Both the position numbers and the translations under genes were made by a program. Below, piece after piece: positions 57,443 through 64,000 of a DNA stretch of 64,000 nt (its first letter is position 1; the number at the start of each line of letters is the position of its first letter). Source of the stretch: a virus. The notes beneath the pieces were generated by a model that saw only the letters and a program-made list of their open reading frames with translations, was not told where the DNA came from and ran no database searches. The stretch covers positions 1 through 64,000 of IMG/VR virus record IMGVR_UViG_3300024324_000009; one strand, 5' to 3'.

Positions 57443-59224
57443 ATGGCAAACAGAAATGGGCCAGCAATAACTTATGGTGACTTTGAATTTGATCCTATAC
57501 GAGGATTTCCTGTACCACAAATTAGTTTAAATACGACTGCCAATAGATCATCAGCAGGTCTTCCATTCAATTATCAAACAGATGTAACCCTTAATGGTCT
57601 TATCTACGGTTTTACTGGTTATAATAATGATTGTGAAAGTCCAAGTCAGCTAGATCAAAATACAGGCTTTGGTTTTCTTGTAGACCAAGCTAAAGAACTA
57701 CAAGCGGCTTTTCTTGCAGATAATCAGGAACTTCTAGTATCTTGTGCGTTTGACGGAGGAGGACAAGAGACTGTTTTGCTCAGTGGAGGAGGATCAGACC
57801 AAATTTTACAAGTCACTAGCATTCAGTTCAATGAATCACAAGACTTATGGGCGATAACTGTTCCTTATACTATCACCTTACAGATTATTAGTCGATCAGA
57901 CATTACTGGTAGCGGATCGGGATATCCACCTGATGGTAATGGATTTTTAGTTTCTAGCATTACTGACTCCTTGACTATCACCCCAGATACTGACAAAAGC
58001 TATTACGTGGCTAATGATTCTTATCCAACACCTAATCCACAATCAGTAAGCAATAATTTCAATCAGACTATAATAAACGGAGACTTTAATAATGATGCCA
58101 CTCCTTATTACAACGCATCTATATTCCCTACTTATACTGTAACAAGAAGCCTTTCAGCTAACGGCTTGTCAAACGGAACAGGCATTGGCGACTCAATTAA
58201 GAATGCAAAAGAATGGTGTTTATGGCAGGCTACGTACCAACCTATTGAGTCCTTAACTTCCGACTTAAATCTGTATAATTTTGTGAGGACTATAAATGCT
58301 GACGCTACTGCTGGCAGTTATTCTATCAGTGACACATACAAGGCAATTAAATCTGATGTTGATGGCAACCCTTGCGAAAAATTTCTAGAAACTTTTGAAA
58401 TTTCTCAAGACACAAGAAACGACGGCACAAAAAGTGTCACTATACAAGGAACAATAGAAGGACTAGAGGTTACAATACCTTTAATGGATTGCAACACACA
58501 GAATCCTGCCAACCCAATCTCTGATCCATCTACTGATCCTGCATTTTCTGGTTCTAATACCGGAGTATTATATCCCACCCATAGTGGAACTGAGCAAGGT
58601 GCAAAAAACACTAAGTACAACAATGCTTTAAGCGGCTGGATTGAAATTCAACCTACATTATATAGTCGTTGTATGACGATAAACCCCGATCTCAATACCA
58701 GCGAAACTCCTTCTTTTGCAAGTTCATCTTCTCCGTATTGGTTAAATCCAACTCCAATGAGTCAAAGAGAAGGCTTTAGTCCAGCAAAAGGAACTATAAG
58801 CTATAATGCCAGCTTCGACAACAGGCCTTTGTCTTTAGTTCCAGAAGCCAACGGAGAAAGATTAGATGTAAGCGATAATTTTTCTGTTAGGTCTACAGCT
58901 AATATTTTTGTCATAGGAAGAAGATTGGGTCCGATTAAACAAGACTTGGGGTCATATACGCAACCTTCTAGAAGAGTAAGCTATAGTGCTAGATTTCCAA
59001 AGCCTATATCAATGGAAGGATATGCTTTCCCTCCGAATGTGATTTCTAATATATACAATGCCCTAAGTCAATTTGATCCAAATCGATTCAATGCGATTAA
59101 TGGAGAAACATATGTAAGCGTTTTAAAAAGTGATAGTTTTCAATACAGCCCTATAGATGCAAGCGTGAGTGTTACACTTGAATGGGAATATAATAAGTGC
59201 GGAACGCCGCCTTCACCGGGATAA
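57443..59224 (+). CDS. Putative distal tail/tail-tip protein
   Basis: Beta-rich; located after the TMP; VTLNGLI, VTRSLSA.G and GTISYNASFDNRP motifs. The call is positional. Confidence 0.45.
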   Translation: MANRNGPAITYGDFEFDPIRGFPVPQISLNTTANRSSAGLPFNYQTDVTLNGLIYGFTGYNNDCESPSQLDQNTGFGFLVDQAKELQAAFLADNQELLVSCAFDGGGQETVLLSGGGSDQILQVTSIQFNESQDLWAITVPYTITLQIISRSDITGSGSGYPPDGNGFLVSSITDSLTITPDTDKSYYVANDSYPTPNPQSVSNNFNQTIINGDFNNDATPYYNASIFPTYTVTRSLSANGLSNGTGIGDSIKNAKEWCLWQATYQPIESLTSDLNLYNFVRTINADATAGSYSISDTYKAIKSDVDGNPCEKFLETFEISQDTRNDGTKSVTIQGTIEGLEVTIPLMDCNTQNPANPISDPSTDPAFSGSNTGVLYPTHSGTEQGAKNTKYNNALSGWIEIQPTLYSRCMTINPDLNTSETPSFASSSSPYWLNPTPMSQREGFSPAKGTISYNASFDNRPLSLVPEANGERLDVSDNFSVRSTANIFVIGRRLGPIKQDLGSYTQPSRRVSYSARFPKPISMEGYAFPPNVISNIYNALSQFDPNRFNAINGETYVSVLKSDSFQYSPIDASVSVTLEWEYNKCGTPPSPG

Positions 59225-59238
59225 GAAAGGAATAGGAA

Positions 59239-62200
59239 ATGGCAATAGCATGTGGGGAATTTAGTAAATCCCAAGCGGGTCCATATAACCAACATTTAGT
59301 ATTAGGTGCAAGCCTTACATCAATGACTCTCAACGCAGGTTGGGGTTCTACTTCTAGTAGCTGTAGCTTAGGCTTAGTTTATGATGGATGTTCTCATTGG
59401 AGAGATCAGGCTGCATACGGCACTTTTAATACGTCAAGAGATTCTGTTCTACAACAGCCAAACAACTATCAACCAAAAAATGCTCTTGATAAATCACCTC
59501 TTGGTACTAGAGTTTCATTTGGAGAAGATACTGCTCCAGTAGTAGCTGCTACAGGATTCACCAACGCTGACGACCCATACAATGGACTGACAAGAACTAT
59601 AGGCCAAGCAGATCAGAATAAAGAAAACTATCAAAAACAGAATGACATAGACGACCTAGGAAAGGTAGTGTGGGCTCCACAACCCGGAGGCTTTCTGAGA
59701 AAAAACTGGCTTGGTCCTGATCCGGGGTTTATAGCAGATCAAACAAACGGTTTAAATGGTTTTGATGTAAATGGTACTTGTGTTTTTGCTAAATTTGATG
59801 AATTGTTTTTTGGCGGCTTTATTAAATCATGGGATGGTAAAGCAGGAAGTGGAGGCTCTACATATAACGTATCTTTACAGAGTATGACTCCTATACTTAA
59901 TGGTTTTAATATGATACTTAATGAGTATACTGGCAGCGTAGGAACTAGATACAATACAGGGAATGCATCTTTACCTATAGCTACTATTCCTAGTTCAAAC
60001 TACATAGGAGATTACAATGGAACATATTTTGGAAGTGTTAGAGGAGGGAATCATCCTAATCTTGTAAACTTATACGGTATAGCTACAGCATTTTATGGCT
60101 TTACTGCTTCTCGGTGGCGTAGTGACAGAGGTGTTGCTGCTTCCGATATTTATTTTCTAATTAGGTCATTGCTTGATCCTACTAATACCTATATTCCTCA
60201 TAGTGCTTGGTTTCCATATGGTGCTATTATTGGTAGAAGTTTGATAGACAGAACAACAGGACTAATGGTCAATACAGCCGAAACAGCTTTTACCTATGGA
60301 GGTGTATCATTATCCTATAATGATTTAGGATGGATGCCAGCAAAGCTAGCAATAGACAATAGGTTTAGGCCTATGTTTGCTTTAGATTTAAGTAGTGTTC
60401 CAATGCCTCCCAATGATCTCATTATATCTGAACCAAACTTAACCTTAACTGGTTTCTTAGATTTGCTATCTAAAGGTGGCAATTATGACTATCAAATTGA
60501 TTGTCTGCCTAGTTCCAACCCTTTATACAGTGCAGTAATCAAAGTCAACACGGTAGACAGAAGCAAAACCGCACCTATACACACTCTAAAAAACTCTCTA
60601 CTGAATACTTCTGTTGTTGAAAATGTTAGCTATGGAGAAGAATTTAATCCAAATTCTGTGAGAAAAGTCATTATCGGTGGACCTCAACAAAGAGTGGTCC
60701 AGATGACTACCGCCAGTAAAAATGTATACCAAGAAACTAGAACATATGATCCTTACGCAGTTGAAGAGAGAACAATAACTCCTCATGCTAAAAATTTAAC
60801 TCAAAATCGTCAAGCAGGCATGAATGCTGCTACTATGCCTACAACAAACACTAGGTGGTATAAGAGTTTTATTTACAACGGTGCGTTAGTAGCACAAAGT
60901 CAAACAACTACGCAGTTTTTTAGTGTTGACAGCAATGGTCTACAAGCAGTAAAAGCGTTCGGAAACTATGGTGGTCGAATAGCCGTGGCTATGCCAAATT
61001 ATGATAGTGTTAAACATTCTTATCCTTTAAGTTCTGATCTTATAAGTCCTTATTATGGAATTGATTCTAGAGGCATTACTAGACCTGTGTATTTTGATAA
61101 ATACATGGGACATATACAGATACTTACCAGCATGAGTGATTGGAATTTATTTGCTAACTGCAATATTCCTAAAGGTCTTTTAACAAGTGTTCCTGAGAGT
61201 CCAGAAGAAGAAGACCCAAGTGCTCCTCCTGTAGTAACAGATGATTCTAATGATCCTCCTGTAATTCCTAATCCAAACGAAGACGCACCTAGACCTCTTC
61301 AATTTAGCCCTCTTTCTTCTTGGATTATTAGTGAAACTGACATACGAGCAGCTAAAAGTGGACTAGAACAGTTCGTAGCATACCTGTATAATGAATACGA
61401 AAACGGATTCAGAGGTTTTACTGCCGTGCTTTTTTACAATTATATTCAATATAATTTTGGAACAAAGAATGCTGATAAGTTATTGTCTGGTCAAGAGAAC
61501 CGAGACAAAATGTTTAATACACAGCTTACTGATCTTGGAGACCTTAATAATGCTAAACTAGATCACACTTTAACTAATGCAACTAAAGGTACAACAGGCA
61601 GCTTAAGCGACTATAGAATCAAGATAGAAATAGAGGCTTTAAGAAAGTTTTTAGCAGAAGAAATTGGAAGCCATCATGCAAAAGAATATGCCGTTCGTTT
61701 GCCTGAAGTTTATTCATATCTAGACAGAGAAAATAATGTTCAGTTTAGTTATGTTCCTGTAGACGCGGGGTGGGAAGAAGAAGGTTCTCCTCTTGATGAC
61801 ACTATGGTATTTGGAGGAACCTTTGCTAATTACCTAGCCAATGAGAATGGCACTATGCCTCCTATACTAGGTTTTAATGCTAGCTTAGAATATGATAGAC
61901 AATCAAAAAAAATATCTGATGATGATGTAACGGCTATGCCTATAGAACCTTTAGACCCCTCTCCTCCACCAGCAGACCCAGACGGACCTGATGATGATGG
62001 TGAAGAGGCTCCGATTCCACCACCGACTGAAGAAAACGGAGGAGGATCGGGAGGTTCTAATCTCCCTCCTGAAGCAGGTATTCCGGGTGATAGTAATAAA
62101 GCAGCAACCGGAGGAAACACTCTCACTGAAACACCTATGGACCTTGGTTCTAGTCCAATTAAAAGTGAAAACAGCAGAGGGTGGTATTGTCCTTTAGATA

Positions 62201-64000
62201 CAGAAAAATTAAAAGGTGGAGATGGAGCCTTATATCTAACCAGTGCAGGCCAGATGAGAGCCACTAGACAAAATTTTTATGCTTCTATAGGATTTAATAT
62301 TCCTGCTGGTTTTGCATCATATGACTCTAACTCTGATTCACACTTGCAGAGAGCAAGAAATTTAGCTTGTATTAGAAAAGTATATGTTAAAGGACAAATT
62401 AAAGACGTTTCGCCAAGACGCAGAGGAGAAGGTAAGAAGTTTGGATACAATATGATGCACGGCTCTAATCCCATGTGTGTTATTAGTGGCCCTAGTCAAG
62501 TTGAACAAAAGGCAGAAGCCAGCGTAACTATGACTATACTGATACAAAAGTTTTTGTTTAACTTTCTAGGTTATCAAGTACCTAAAGAATCTGGATATCC
62601 TAGAGCTTGGCAGTATGGGAAAATGATAGTACAAAATGGGGAAGCATGGACACGGGGTGAAGCAGCAGGTGCATTAGAGAAGCAAGCAAAACTTAGAAAT
62701 AGTGTCATTAATGGCAATGTAACAGAATCTAATAAAGACGCGACAGCAGATAAACTGGAATTTAATACCGGCATGTGTGCCATTCCCAATTTTGCTGCTA
62801 TACCAATTAAATCTAATATTCAGAACTATGGACCTTGGAGTAGTGTTCCCGGTCTAGTAGAAAATATTTTGTTCAATAATCCGAACGTAGGAACCATAGA
62901 ACCCTTGAATCAAACGATGGCAGATAATATGGTTGGAGGCATTGAGGTAGACTACCAAGAGAGTGCTGTTCCTTGGAACTTTGGAGGAATAGAGTATTTA
63001 GACTATGCTAAACTAACACTGGCTAGTGCAGCACTTAAAGGACAACAAGGTTTAGAGAAAGGTTCCTTTAGTGTTCCGGGTGTCCTATTGTCAGATGGAG
63101 CCCCTGTAAGCCTTGGTGGCTTAGTAGGAAACAGTGGACCAGTTGTTAATTCTATTAATGTTAGCATTAATGGTAATGGTGGCGTTAAAACCAATTATAC
63201 ACTTAGAACTTGGACAAATAAAGTAGGCTTTTACAATGAGTCTAGAGCCTCAGAAATAGCAGAATTTGGTAAAAGAGGCAATCAAATTAGACAACAAAAC
63301 GCTGACTTGCAAATAGCGGTAGCAAGCATTCCTACTCAGGTTCTTAATGCTGTAGACAGGGCCATGATAGCAAAAGAGGAAAAAGCTAAGGTAGACAAAA
63401 CAAGTCCTGTAGAAGCATTCGTAGGTTCTGCTACTCCTTGTATTAGAGATGGGGCTGAAATTACAGCACAAGCAACCTATGGACCGGGATGGAGTCAAAG
63501 ACCAAGCACAGCATCAGCACAGTCTGGTCCAGACGATACCTATCAGCACATTGCTAGGACCACCTTATACGATAAGGGTGAATTTGCTGCTAAAGAAATG
63601 CGACCAGAAACTTATAACTATCAATCAATGATGAGTTTAGATGGTATCATATCTCCTATCTCTTTTTATCCGACTCCTTATGGTTCTACTTTTTCTATTA
63701 CAAAATATGATAGAGCACACTGTCCCTACTGCAAAGGTGCAGGGCAATATTCATTTAATGTACGAGAACCACAAAGAAACACGGTAGATTTTCCTTCTTT
63801 AGATGAAATACCCGTAACAAATAAGAATGAAAAATGTCAGTTTTGCATCCCTAGTTCAGAGAAGCAGAAAGAAAGAGAACAAGGTGCAGACTTATCAGTA
63901 ACAATTAGACAGCCTCCTTATATTGTAGACTACGGGCCTGATTCTGAAATAGATGCTCAGGGAGACTCATGTAATGATTCAAAAACTTTAATTAACTATA
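59239..64000 (+). CDS. Large putative tail-tip hub/central fibre protein, 3'-truncated (>1,580 aa), absent from the ORF track
   Basis: ATG 59239 with AGGA RBS: MAIACGEF...LGASLTSMTLNAGWGSTSSSCSLGLVYD...FFGGFIKSW...; the frame is open wherever I translated it, including the window end (...GDSCNDSKTLINY). Its absence from the track is consistent with no stop inside the window. Confidence 0.75.
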   Translation, partial: MAIACGEFSKSQAGPYNQHLVLGASLTSMTLNAGWGSTSSSCSLGLVYDGCSHWRDQAAYGTFNTSRDSVLQQPNNYQPKNALDKSPLGTRVSFGEDTAPVVAATGFTNADDPYNGLTRTIGQADQNKENYQKQNDIDDLGKVVWAPQPGGFLRKNWLGPDPGFIADQTNGLNGFDVNGTCVFAKFDELFFGGFIKSWDGKAGSGGSTYNVSLQSMTPILNGFNMILNEYTGSVGTRYNTGNASLPIATIPSSNYIGDYNGTYFGSVRGGNHPNLVNLYGIATAFYGFTASRWRSDRGVAASDIYFLIRSLLDPTNTYIPHSAWFPYGAIIGRSLIDRTTGLMVNTAETAFTYGGVSLSYNDLGWMPAKLAIDNRFRPMFALDLSSVPMPPNDLIISEPNLTLTGFLDLLSKGGNYDYQIDCLPSSNPLYSAVIKVNTVDRSKTAPIHTLKNSLLNTSVVENVSYGEEFNPNSVRKVIIGGPQQRVVQMTTASKNVYQETRTYDPYAVEERTITPHAKNLTQNRQAGMNAATMPTTNTRWYKSFIYNGALVAQSQTTTQFFSVDSNGLQAVKAFGNYGGRIAVAMPNYDSVKHSYPLSSDLISPYYGIDSRGITRPVYFDKYMGHIQILTSMSDWNLFANCNIPKGLLTSVPESPEEEDPSAPPVVTDDSNDPPVIPNPNEDAPRPLQFSPLSSWIISETDIRAAKSGLEQFVAYLYNEYENGFRGFTAVLFYNYIQYNFGTKNADKLLSGQENRDKMFNTQLTDLGDLNNAKLDHTLTNATKGTTGSLSDYRIKIEIEALRKFLAEEIGSHHAKEYAVRLPEVYSYLDRENNVQFSYVPVDAGWEEEGSPLDDTMVFGGTFANYLANENGTMPPILGFNASLEYDRQSKKISDDDVTAMPIEPLDPSPPPADPDGPDDDGEEAPIPPPTEENGGGSGGSNLPPEAGIPGDSNKAATGGNTLTETPMDLGSSPIKSENSRGWYCPLDTEKLKGGDGALYLTSAGQMRATRQNFYASIGFNIPAGFASYDSNSDSHLQRARNLACIRKVYVKGQIKDVSPRRRGEGKKFGYNMMHGSNPMCVISGPSQVEQKAEASVTMTILIQKFLFNFLGYQVPKESGYPRAWQYGKMIVQNGEAWTRGEAAGALEKQAKLRNSVINGNVTESNKDATADKLEFNTGMCAIPNFAAIPIKSNIQNYGPWSSVPGLVENILFNNPNVGTIEPLNQTMADNMVGGIEVDYQESAVPWNFGGIEYLDYAKLTLASAALKGQQGLEKGSFSVPGVLLSDGAPVSLGGLVGNSGPVVNSINVSINGNGGVKTNYTLRTWTNKVGFYNESRASEIAEFGKRGNQIRQQNADLQIAVASIPTQVLNAVDRAMIAKEEKAKVDKTSPVEAFVGSATPCIRDGAEITAQATYGPGWSQRPSTASAQSGPDDTYQHIARTTLYDKGEFAAKEMRPETYNYQSMMSLDGIISPISFYPTPYGSTFSITKYDRAHCPYCKGAGQYSFNVREPQRNTVDFPSLDEIPVTNKNEKCQFCIPSSEKQKEREQGADLSVTIRQPPYIVDYGPDSEIDAQGDSCNDSKTLINY

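Noticed and set aside
254-63631. Numerous short minus-strand and nested ORFs in the track
   Set aside because: They lie within long plus-strand genes, carry no recognisable motifs and look like shadow ORFs.
1-64000. Stop-codon reassignment, as seen in some large phages
   Set aside because: Very long ORFs tile the window in the standard code, and TAA, TAG and TGA all end genes at coupled junctions.

Overview
This window is a 64 kb, entirely plus-strand, densely packed virion-morphogenesis region of a large tailed dsDNA phage (Caudoviricetes). It is AT-rich and uses the standard genetic code (TAA, TAG and TGA all act as stops). Gene order: tail-fibre-like genes with their chaperones and three free-standing fibre-tip paralogues (1-13.4 kb); a putative head-tail adaptor; a 22 kb block of giant fibre/appendage genes including one of about 4,820 aa; putative neck, stopper and terminator genes; major tail tube; chaperone-like genes; a 3,525-aa tape measure protein (TMP); a YadA-head-like adhesin; and tail-tip/hub genes running off the right edge. 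No tail sheath is recognisable, so the tail is probably non-contractile. The best candidate for an undescribed system is the TMP. It reads like a polyprotein: repeated [F/Y]xxGG and DTVPAMLTPGE[F/Y]V modules bracket two paralogous PD-(D/E)xK nuclease-like domains and a GNAT-like domain, which would be ejected into the host with the DNA. Other leads: an array of constant-head/variable-body fibre-tip genes, strong Ser-Gly enrichment in exterior virion proteins (possible glycosylation sequon), apparent CCWGG avoidance, and a recurring GGTGTAYA upstream motif. All product calls come from motif recognition by eye; no searches were run.
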